A stretch of DNA of 63,586 nucleotides, counting the filler, from Octopus bimaculoides (Eukaryota), in assembly GCF_001194135.2 (NCBI RefSeq). It is 3 parts of 3 records of this genome, joined end to end, with 100 filler letters (N's around TTAATTAATTAA, not from the genome) between each part and the next. Parts side by side here need not be neighbours in the genome. Positions count along the whole stretch, not along the records: positions 51,631 to 63,586 come from NC_068982.1; 2 more parts are not named here. The stretch is one strand, 5' to 3'. Every line of letters starts with the position of its first letter. Position 1 is the stretch's first letter. The position numbers were made by a program, and so were the translations under genes. The notes beneath the pieces were generated by a model. The model saw only the letters and a program-made list of their open reading frames with translations. It made no database searches and was not told the DNA's origin. Below, in pieces: positions 53,031 to 63,586 of this stretch.

Positions 53031-54201
53031 TGCCTAAGTAACAAAGCAATCGAAAACGAAATATAAAACAGCGTTATGCGTCTTATAACAAATCTGGCTG
53101 ATCGAGGCTCACCTAAGGAGAAACAAGAGTAAGAGTAGGCCAAAATCCGAAACCATTTCGTTAAAATGGACGTTAACGTCATTATCAATAACAACAACTA
53201 GTAACAGAATGAAGAATAATATACAGGTAATACCATTTAAAGAATCAGGAAATCAGGGAAGGGTCAATACAACAAATTCTGTAGTTTAGACGAAGCTTTC
53301 AGAATAATATTTTGCAAATGTTAACCGTGCTTACGTTCATTGTTTCTCTCTCTCCCTCTCTCTCTCCCACTCCCTCTCTACGTATATATTAGTATACACA
53401 CACACACATGCACACACACACACACACAGACACACACGCACACATATATATACATACCTAACTAACTACCCAAGTATACAACTACCTACCTATCAACCTA
53501 CTTACCTGCCTGCCCGCCTATCTATCTATCTATCATTGAAAATCCGGTGCTTTCCGATTAAAATTTACTGAGTTTGTTACTCACCCTGTCTGAATTTCTG
53601 TTAACCTGTGATTGACTTTAGGAATCACATAACCAACACACGCTCTTGTTCAGATGATTGTGATAAAATAAACTGAAAAATTATTTAGGTATACCTACTG
53701 ATCTAAAGTTTCATCCGTTTTGAAGCAGAGGTATTTACGATTATTCGGGTTACCTATGAAATAGGAAACTACTCTATCATAGGTTTATATTTAGATGCAG
53801 GTGAGCATTAATTGAGATCTCTCTCCTAAAATTTCCATTCAGTGACCACTCTGTCATTTAGTATAGAAAGGACTATACTATCCGAAGTGTTCACGTTCAT
53901 TTCAGAGGTTTGGCTGACAAAGTACAGCGACAACATAAAATGTCAGCTCATTTGGCCTGTTGTCGCAGGAGCCTTCCTCAATTAAAGATAAAGTTCATTC
54001 AATTCTTTAAAAAGATCTAACAAGTGCTAGAATTGTGCAACAGATATTACTCAGTTGAAAGTTATGTGTACATTTTGTCTGTAATACAGAGAGGGATAGA
54101 AGCGAATTATTCTGTTTGAAAAGGGAGAACAAGTAGCAAAATGTGGAGCGTTTGAATTTTGCCCATTTAGATGCATCTTTTTCCAGTCGCCGTTTCTCAA
54201 C

Positions 54202-54249
54202 ATCATCATCATCATCATCAACAACAACAACAACAACAACAACACCACC

Positions 54250-54292
<43 letters not shown>

Positions 54293-54345
54293 CTAGAAGC
54301 GGCAGCAGCAGCAGAAACAGCAGTAACAGCAAGCCAGCAACAAGC
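54202..54345. repeat. compound (CAT)n(CAA)n(CAG)n trinucleotide repeat
   Basis: Direct reading. Confidence 0.85.
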
Positions 54346-56110
54346 CAGCAATACTTCTGTCGCTATTACTTCAACAGATGGCTTTTGCTTACGGGCCAGT
54401 AAATAACCAATGAAGTGTACAAACACTTTTGAATCAGCCCACCGAAATTGATAGCTTTAAATCATATTCAGAGACCTTGAAGTGGAGAAAATGGACGATT
54501 ACAAGAAGATCCAATATATATAACAAGTCAATTTCATGTAATCAATGATCAATCGTGTGGCCAATGATCACTCAGGGAAGATGAAAGTACATAATTTAAG
54601 GATAGCAAAATTGATGTTATTCTATGCTACAGTTATTATTTAGAAATGATTAGGAGCGGATGAAATCGATCGAAGTAAACGAGATACATCATTCAAATAG
54701 ACTGCACCTCGTCAAATTGCGGTTAACATTCTGTTACAAACAGTGCACGCTGAGATATCGTTGAAACTAAAATCTGGGAATAAAATGCATGACTTCTTCA
54801 AGAAATGTAAGTTTAAAAATCCACAGACACTACAGCACTACCGACTATGTTACAACCCTTGTTTAACAAAGGGCAATTCTTGTTTTTTTTTGTGGTGGGG
54901 TTTGTGGCTGTCGATCTTCCGATGGAATCAAACGATCTGTGTTTCCATTAATACAAAATGTAAGACACGACTTTTGGCTGTAGTATCACCATTGTCAGAT
55001 GACAAGACTGTTTTGAATTCAGCACATGAACAAATACATCCCTTCCGATGTAATAATTTTTTCAACCCATTGCCCTGCATTGGTATTTAATGTGAACGGT
55101 CCTGAAAGGTTGAATGTCAAAATAGGCTTTATTGTGATTAGAAAGTAGAGCCCAGATATTTGGAAAAAATATCGCAACGTGTTCTATGTAATGTTCTAGC
55201 CAATCTGTCAATCTGTCAATTCACAGACTCTAACCGTGATTGTGCAGATATTCCATTCGTAACCATCCTATCCTATCCTTTTAGATGTATTAGATTATAT
55301 TATCAATTAAAAGCAATATGGATTAGTTTTGAAGTTGAGAAAGTGGTATTCGAAAGAAGTTCTGCTGCTATTTTTCGCAGATCGAGCGACGTGTACAAGG
55401 ACCATGCAGGTTTTACTCTTTATAGACTATTTTAAACACAGAGTAAAAACGAATTGTATCTTCCAATGGTTCACTTCTTTTTTAATATTGAACGTTTTCT
55501 CTTATCAACATTTTGTTTCTAAACAACTTTCTACAGCATTGGAATTTTAGTTGTTTGGCTTCGAAACTGAATCTCTTTAATAGCATCTGACGAACAAGAG
55601 CTATTTAAAACACACATATAACTTCAGGTTTATTTTTACTTTATGACAGCAATTACGTTACGTGCAGACAGATATATATATATATATATAATTTGGCCCT
55701 ATTAATCTATGTGTCATTGCCCTCTCCTAAATTATGCATTTAGAATAATTATATAATACAATTTTCCAAAGCACCAACAATTGCGTCAGTTGAATCCCTT
55801 AACAAACAAAGTGAATCCTTCGATAATATAAAATCCTATAGCAAATGTAGTTGTAAAAAGTGAAAGCTAGTGTTGAACAAATTTGAGTGGATAATCTATG
55901 CATGGTAAACACAATTAGTTAAGGAAAGGGAAACCAACATATCAAAGAACTGCATGATCGACTTTCAAACTGCTGGAAACATCCTGTATATTGAAATGCT
56001 GTAGAAAGTTTATGCTGATATATAAGAAAGTAAACAACAGTAAAATGTAAAATATTAATATTTGCATAAAAAGAAAATGAATGAAAAGAATACTTGACTC
56101 TACAGTCTTT

Positions 56111-56149
<39 letters not shown>

Positions 56150-57029
56150 TGTAGTTGTAACCGCCATCATCATGATCATCATCAAAATACACAGATAGAG
56201 AATCTAGAAGAGTAGGAGACAGAACTTTCTCCCTCTCATGTTTTCCCTTCCTTCTAATCATTCTCATATTTTCCGCCATTTCATTCCTATCAATTCCCTG
56301 ATATAGATTTCGACAACCGCACCACTTTCTCGTATTTATATACCCCCTTACCAGGGGATTTACAAAGCAAGATCTTATTCACTAAAGTAGGTTGTCATAT
56401 GGGCGAGTTGAATGATAAAACCACTTCACTTCTCACCTTTTGACAATCAACAGTCTCGTTTCGTGGTTGACAGTCCTACCACAATTTATTTCTCATTTAT
56501 CAGTTTGATATCTTGTATATGATATACTGAAATATTTTCTGCAACGCTTCATGTCGCATCTCTCTCACAGTTTGAGAACGTAACAGCTCAGGCGCTCTTC
56601 GATAAAGTAGAACTCAAATTATTATTACTCTCAAAAAATTTGTTGTTCAAACAGGAGCTAATTTTATCAAGGTAAGAATCTGATGCATTTGAGCATTTTC
56701 ATTTCACTTTTTGTTGCACATCTCTTTAATTAGAGGTATTTGTCTTTGTTTCATTAATTATTACAACCCAGCGCGTTATACCCTTCGTTAAAGGGACTTG
56801 ACACTCTGGCTCATTCCATCATTGCACAACTCGTAACAATACCCGATAGACTGCATAATATTTTGCAACTATCTTTTGCAGGTTTACATAAATGTGTGCG
56901 TCCCCAGTACTGTAGCAATCAATTATGCCTGTTTATTTGCGCATGGGTGTGTGTGCATGACGTTTTGCACCTACAAATTTTTACCAAGCCCATTTGAAAC
57001 TATCTGTTTCTTTAGTCCTTCGAGCGCGA

Positions 57030-57255
57030 ATAAATATATTTATTTCTTTATTGCTCACAAGGGGTTAAACATGGAAAGGACAAACAAAGGGATTAAGTCG
57101 ATTACATCAATCCAGTGTATAACAGGTACTTCTTTAATCGACCCCGAAAGGATGAAAAGTAAAGCTGACCTCGGCGGAATTTGAACTCAGAACGTAACGG
57201 CAGACGAAATACTGCTAAGCATTTCGCACGGCGTGCTAACGTTTCTGCCAGCTAT
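57030..57255 (-). mobile_element. SINE family B
   Basis: Matches 23976-24261 closely. Confidence 0.85.
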
Positions 57256-57524
57256 TAAATAAATAAATGATAAGAAAAGCTTTCCCTAAACTCTGTCAAA
57301 AATATTAACATTCATAAAAACTCTCGAACCGAAATTGAATGTTTATCGTCCTCCAAGTTATACGAGATTTGTGCTTTAGGCAGCCATCTATGTTTACCGT
57401 TCTTTATCCTAGCTGACAGCTAATTTTTTAAAGCGGTGAGTGAAAAAATTTTAGTGAACCAAATCTGCTCAGAGAAAATACAGATTGTCTTCAATGCAGG
57501 ACTGACTATAAGTTACAAAATATA

Positions 57525-57690
57525 TACGTGCGTATGTACATAAAAAGTTCACTTCGCAACCACGTAGTTTCGGGTTCAGTTCCACAGCGCGGTAACTTGA
57601 GCAGGTGTCTTGTACTAAAGCCACTGTCCGGCCAATCGCTGAGTAAATTTCGTACATGGAAACTGACGGAAACAAATCACACAGACAGTC
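57525..57690 (+). mobile_element. SINE family A head, degenerate
   Basis: CGGGTTCAGTTCCACAGCGCGGTAACTTGAGCAGGTGTCTT. Confidence 0.6.
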
Positions 57691-59479
57691 ACCCTCATAC
57701 ACATAACATTCAAATCTACTCTCAAACATGCTGTTCATATAATGTGCAAAGTTATGTTCAACAGTTCTTGATGTTGTTTCCTTCCTTGCTCGTTGCTTTT
57801 ACTTTCCACCAACATAAAAGGACTTTTCCTCGACTTTACAGGGACTTTTCCTCGACCTGATGCTTAGATCATCGAAATTTTTCAACTCGGTACATTACAA
57901 GTGAGAGCAAATAGTTTTTCTGTTTATTATGCAAAGGGTTCTTATGATGCTTCCCCACCTCCTTAGACATACCACTTTGCTGTCTACTTTAAACATACGC
58001 ACACACACGGAAGCAGAAACAAACTAGATTTACTCGTTTAACTCTTTTGAAGGCGGTGTCCCTGTAAGTCTACAGTCCAGTTACTGAAACAAGTGAAAAA
58101 TAACAGATGAGGGATATATATTGTAAATATTTGTGTGCGTGAATATAATATTTCTATAACTTTTTCAACTTGTATGTGTCTGTAAGGGTGCGAAAATAAC
58201 AGAATAAACAGCACACCTGTCCTATACATTTCCTATATGGTTACAATGGTCGTAGTAAACAGCACTGACAATAACTAAACGACATTTTACATGACATATA
58301 TATTGTACGTCAGCTGGTCCATTATTTGGAATCTATTTACAATTTTAAAGAAGAATATATTGCATTAACGTCGGGGATAAATTCTAATAGAAATGATGTA
58401 GATATTTTTTTGTATTTTAATCTCTTCAATTCTGTTATCGTTCATCACTATTTTTAAAAATCTTTGCTCGCTATTAATTGATATATTTACTATGTTTATA
58501 TACAGATGCTAGAGTTACTTTCAAATATATCATTACCGTCTATTTTACATATGGTTTCATTCAAACATACCACCTATTCTACAAATAGTTGCATTGAAAT
58601 ATACCTTCTATTTTACAATTAATTACATCCAAACGAATATACTTTACTTGATAAATCACATCTTTTTCCTAGTTGTATTTGTATCCGTACCAAAAAGAAA
58701 ATTCCTTATCGTTAATGACGATTTTTTTATTTTACCATTTTTTCAAAGAAAGAAACCAAAATAAGTTCTAAATTTAAATCGATTAAAATTTAAATGAGGA
58801 TATGAAGAAAAGATACAATCTTGATTTGTCAATTTATGGTGATGAAGTTTAAATTCAAATATATTTCAAACTAATTAGATCTCGTAGATTTGTTTGTTCT
58901 GCCTTCGAAATAATTGTTTTAAGATTTAATTCTCAATTAAATCAATTTTGAATTTAAGAAAACTTCAACGAACAAGAAGACGACTCTTGGGTATTGACCT
59001 CTTTGCCTATCTCTCCTCGAGTTGTATGACAGTTATATACATACATAATTACATACATACAATCATTGATATATATATANNNNNNNNNNNNNNNNNNNNN
59101 NNNNNNNNNNNNNNNNNNNNNNNNNNNNNNNNNNNNNNNNNNNNNNNNNNNNNNNNNNNNNNNNNNNNNNNNNNNNNNNNNNNNNNNNNNNNNNNNNNNN
59201 NNNNNNNNNNNNNNNNNNNNNNNNNNNNNNNNNNNNNNNNNNNNNNNNNNNNNNNNNNNNNNNNNNNNNNNNNNNNNNNNNNNNNNNNNNNNNNNNNNNN
59301 NNNNNNNNNNNNNNNNNNNNNNNNNNNNNNNNNNNNNNNNNNNNNNNNNNNNNNNNNNNNNNNNNNNNNNNNNNNNNNNNNNNNNNNNNNNNNNNNNNNN
59401 NNNNNNNNNNNNNNNNNNNNNNNNNNNNNNNNNNNNNNNNNNNAAACGTACATACATACATACGCATATATATATATAT

Positions 59480-59670
59480 ATATAGTTTTAGGGAAAAGAA
59501 CAAAGGTTCATGAACTCCAATGAAAATCCAATTATTATCTTTATCTTATATTTACTTTGTATTATATTATACTCATTTATTGTGCTTTTAATTATTAATT
59601 TTTCTATATATGACAGTGGATTTTTATCGATGAGTTCATGAACCTTGGTTCTTTTCCCTAAAACTATATA
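59480..59670. repeat. small inverted-repeat element (39-bp arms, AT-rich spacer)
   Basis: TATATAGTTTTAGGGAAAAGAAC(A/C)AAGGTTCATGAACTC and its reverse complement, 1 mismatch. Confidence 0.85.
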
Positions 59671-59802
59671 TTTATATATATTTTACTCTGTGTAACTTAA
59701 TTTAATTTTAATTTTAAATAAATTGATTTTAATTGAGTTTTACGTGTAATTTTGGATTTTATCCCTAATATTATTATTATATATACATATATGTATATAC
59801 GT

Positions 59803-60009
59803 AATCAAAATAGGCAACATGATATCAAGTAGTGATGCAGTACGACCGTTTCAAGCGGCTCCATTTAATTGAACGATGCAATCATTACATCAATTTAAAT
59901 GCAGTGCCCTCTTCAGCTGCACAAATAAATAAATATAATTTTAACAATGTGACCGTTTGAAACGGTCGTACTGCATCACCGCTTGATATCCTGTTGCTTA
60001 TTTTGATTT
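59803..60009. repeat. second inverted-repeat element (~55-bp arms)
   Basis: AATCAAAATAGGCAACATGATATCAAGTAGTGATGCAGTACGACCGTTTCAA versus the reverse complement of 59951-60009. Confidence 0.8.
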
Positions 60010-60101
60010 AATTCACCTTACTTCGAGCTGTGCAGATAATAACGTACTGACTGAGTGCTTCAACTTACGTACCTAATTCAACTGAATCTCAATTATTTCT
60101 T

Positions 60102-60144
<43 letters not shown>

Positions 60145-60375
60145 AAATAATATATAAATATATGCATATATCCACATATATGTAAATAGCTACACCTATA
60201 TGCATACATACATGCATATATGGGTACAGGATATCACAAAAAACGTTAAACACAATGAGAAACGAAAACATAAAGACGAAGATAGAAAACGAATTTTTTT
60301 CGAACAACGAAAAAGATAAACAGAGAAACGAGATGTGCATATATATATACACATATATACATACACACACACACA

Positions 60376-60427
<52 letters not shown>

Positions 60428-61209
60428 TATATATATANNNNNNNNNNNNNNNNNNNNNNNNNNNNNNNNNNNNNNNNNNNNNNNNNNNNNNNNNNNNNNN
60501 NNNNNNNNNNNNNNNNNNNNNNNNNNNNNNNNNNNNNNNNNNNNNNNNNNNNNNNNNNNNNNNNNNNNNNNNNNNNNNNNNNNNNNNNNNNNNNNNNNNN
60601 NNNNNNNNNNNNNNNNNNNNNNNNNNNNNNNNNNNNNNNNNNNNNNNNNNNNNNNNNNNNNNNNNNNNNNNNNNNNNNNNNNNNNNNNNNNNNNNNNNNN
60701 NNNNNNNNNNNNNNNNNNNNNNNNNNNNNNNNNNNNNNNNNNNNNNNNNNNNNNNNNNNNNNNNNNNNNNNNNNNNNNNNNNNNNNNNNNNNNNNNNNNN
60801 NNNNNNNNNNNNNNNNNNNNNNNNNNNNNNNNNNNNNNNNNNNNNNNNNNNNNNNNNNNNNNNNNNNNNNNNNNNNNNNNNNNNNNNNNNNNNNNNNNNN
60901 NNNNNNNNNNNNNNNNNNNNNNNNNNNNNNNNNNNNNNNNNNNNNNNNNNNNNNNNNNNNNNNNNNNNNNNNNNNNNNNNNNNNNNNNNNNNNNNNNNNN
61001 NNNNNNNNNNNNNNNNNNNNNNNNNNNNNNNNNNNNNNNNNNNNNNNNNNNNNNNNNNNNNNNNNNNNNNNNNNNNNNNNNNNNNNNNNNNNNNNNNNNN
61101 NNNNNNNNNNNNNNNNNNNNNNNNNNNNNNNNNNNNNNNNNNNNNNNNNNNNNNNNNNNNNNNNNNNNNNNNNNNNNNNNNNNNNNNNNNNNNNNNNNNN
61201 NNNNNNNNN

Positions 61210-61249
<40 letters not shown>

Positions 61250-61868
61250 CATATAGTAAATCCATACACATACATATAGGTACATTCATACGTACACACA
61301 GAGGCAAACACAAACTCACGCGCGCCTATGTGTGTGCGTAAGAAAAGCTATGTGTTGTTTTCGTTCCTATTCTTGTTATTGTTACAAGAACTTACAAATG
61401 TACTGTTATTTGTGTCAAAAACTCTAGACACGCATTTTTGTTTCAAATGTTCAAATTTTCATTTAGAATCTATTTTCCGTTTTGCGTGATGGTTGTGCAA
61501 ATGTTATTCTTTAGTGAAATGGACTCCGTATAGTATTTAATATCAGCTAGAGAAGAATATATTTTCAAATGATTTTCTTCTTTTTTCTTCATAAATATAA
61601 CAGAAAATAGAATGAATTAAACTCGTCACCGCATAATATGACACATAAAGAGTAAATCGATGTTTTGAAACTTGACAAAATATAATCCATTCATTGGAAA
61701 ACAAATGAAATTGTCTCACTAAGGCAAAATAAAACAAAAAAACCATCAGCCATATCCTCCTCTTCCTCTTCCTCCTCCTTCGCATCATCTTCATCATCAT
61801 CATCAAAATTACAATTGTTGTCATTATAATCATTCACATCACTGGTAATAAGGGTTCCCGATTTAGAC

Positions 61869-62055
61869 CAGTGCTCCGCTACATTTTTTTTTCACTTGGG
61901 GCACACATATATTATTTTCAAATTCGGCGGTGCACATGAACTAAAAATATAACTAAGAGTATAGGGAAAAAATTATATTCAGGTTAAGCTGTGGAAAATC
62001 TAGCATCGTCTCAAGGCACACTAGTGTGCTGCGACATACCGATTGCAGAACATTG
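61869..62055. mobile_element. hAT (Charlie-like) MITE
   Basis: Ends CAGTGCTCC.../...GAACATTG; 8-bp TSD ATTTAGAC/ATTTAGAT with central TA; subterminal palindrome GCACACTAGTGTGC. Confidence 0.7.
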
Positions 62056-62089
62056 ATTTAGATACAAGCTTATCACCATCGATGGAAGT

Positions 62090-62470
62090 GGTGAGTCGAA
62101 ACCATTAAGACCAGTACCTCAGTTACCGAGCCTGGAGCGATGAAAGACAATCCGGAAAGTATTTCAACCCAGAAATGAAAGAATTTGAGTAAATATCGCA
62201 AAGAATTTTGTTTGATATTCTAATGATATTGCCAGTTTGTCTTAATAATAACAGAAAAAGAAAAACAAAAAAAAAGCATGGTTTCAAGTTTTAGTAAAAT
62301 AGTTTTAGGGTGTAGAGTTAGTGGATTACATTACAACTAGTATTCTATTCGATCACCCCGAAAAAGTGGAAAGCAAAGTTGACCATGGCGGATTTTCAAC
62401 TCAGAGCTTCAAGGACCGGAAGAAATCTCACTATGCATTTTGTTCGACGGAATAACGATTCCTGCCGACG
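62090..62470 (-). mobile_element. two degenerate SINE family B copies
   Basis: CCCCGAAAAAGTGGAAAGCAAAGTTGACCATGGCGGATTTTCAACTCAG, with a weaker copy upstream. Confidence 0.55.
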
Positions 62471-62664
62471 ATGATGATAGTAATAATAATAATTGATACA
62501 ATACCAGGCAGTGGCTATGCGCTAATGCAGCCACTTTGATGGTATGCGTTTCTCTCTCACTCAATAAAAAAAAAATAATAATAATGCCTACATAAACCCT
62601 ACCTGGAATAAGACCGAACCTGAGCCAAACCAAAATAACAACAACAACAACAACAACAACAACA

Positions 62665-63255
62665 ACTTCACACGAAAATCATACTACCTCATTGATATGA
62701 CTGTCCCAATCGACATAAATGTAAAGATCTACCAAAACCTGAGCCAGTATAAAGATCTCGAAATAAAAATTGGCAAAATGTGGAACCTCAAGACTAAAAC
62801 AATACCTGTTATTATAGGTGCCCTAGAAATGATAGCAAAAGGGGCTGATTGCTACCTAGCTTAGATACCAGGAAATCATCCAAAAATGAAAGAATTAAAA
62901 AAAAAATAGTGCGCATGGGAACTGCTCCAATCCTACATAAAATACTGTCTATGTAGTCTTAGAATATTTTAATCTGTAAACAGTGCCAAAATACTTTCCA
63001 ATATACATAACAGCAAGCACTTTTTACTGTCATCTTAATAATCAGACTACTGTCTTTCCAAATTACTTTTAAAACAAATTTCTAATTTACCTATGTTTTG
63101 ACAGACATTGTCTAGAACAATACTCTGTGCAAAACCAAATATATGGCACCCTAGGTATAACACCAACTTGAACTTTTTGAACTTATCGTCTCTTGAGATC
63201 TCTGGGTGAAACTTGGAGTCAACTTGTATAAATACGAAGCTAAATGCAAACATAT
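62665..63255 (+). mobile_element. R4/Dong-like RLE retrotransposon, 5'-truncated
   Basis: YYLIDMTVPIDINVKIYQNLSQYKDLEIKIGKMWNLKTKTIPVIIGALEMI, then a 3' UTR ending GCAAACAT followed by (TAA)n. Confidence 0.85.
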
Positions 63256-63328
63256 AATAATAATGATAATAATAATAATAATAACAATAATAACAATAGT
63301 AGTAGTAGTAGTAGTAGTAGTTGTAGTA

Positions 63329-63376
<48 letters not shown>

Positions 63377-63383
63377 GTAATAA

Positions 63384-63586
63384 TATCCAGCATGCAAGCA
63401 TGAAAGAGAAGGTTAGGAAGGAATGTTATAGAAGAGTTCGAGCAGTTCTGAAGTCTGAGCTGAATGCATACAATAAGGTGTTAGCCATAAATTCCTTAGC
63501 AGTCCCAGTTGTTCTTTATACCTTCAATGTGCTTAACTGGAATACCAGTGAAATAGTCAAAATTGATAGAAAAATCCGCAAGCTAC
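63384..63586 (+). mobile_element. R4/Dong-like element, second 5'-truncated copy (post-RT thumb region), runs off the window end
   Basis: Open frame IQHASMKEKVRKECYRRVRAVLKSELNAYNKVLAINSLAVPVVLYTFNVLNWNTSEIVKIDRKIRKL starts directly after (TAA)n. Confidence 0.8.

Noticed and set aside
54163-54296. Short poly-His/poly-Gln ORF (MHLFPVAVSQHHHHHHQQQ...)
   Set aside because: Stops on both sides, about 40 aa, and no convincing splice context; treated as a trinucleotide repeat.

Overview
AT-rich eukaryotic genomic DNA, dense in microsatellites (TA, CA, TATG, GATA, TAA, CT) and broken by many N gaps. Most long ORFs in the track are microsatellite or gap artefacts. The repeat content (three tRNA-derived SINE families, decayed Tc1/mariner elements, LINE fragments) resembles an octopus genome; this is inference, not a database result. 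No intact host protein-coding gene could be supported, so the window looks intronic or intergenic. Recognisable elements: a Tx1/L1-like ORF2 fragment, four pieces of an R4/Dong-like RLE retrotransposon all next to (TAA)n-type repeats, a DD37E (TRT-like) Tc1 element with long TIRs, an IS630/Tc1-like element with long internally repetitive TIRs, a near full-length DD37D (maT) element, mariner ends, a CR1-group LINE 3' end, a hAT MITE with TSD, and many SINEs, including head-to-tail arrays and nested insertions. The most interesting signal is a set of variant minimal hammerhead-ribozyme motifs of the Penelope-associated type. Two of them lie on opposite strands of a ~460-bp near-perfect inverted repeat at 40415-40874.
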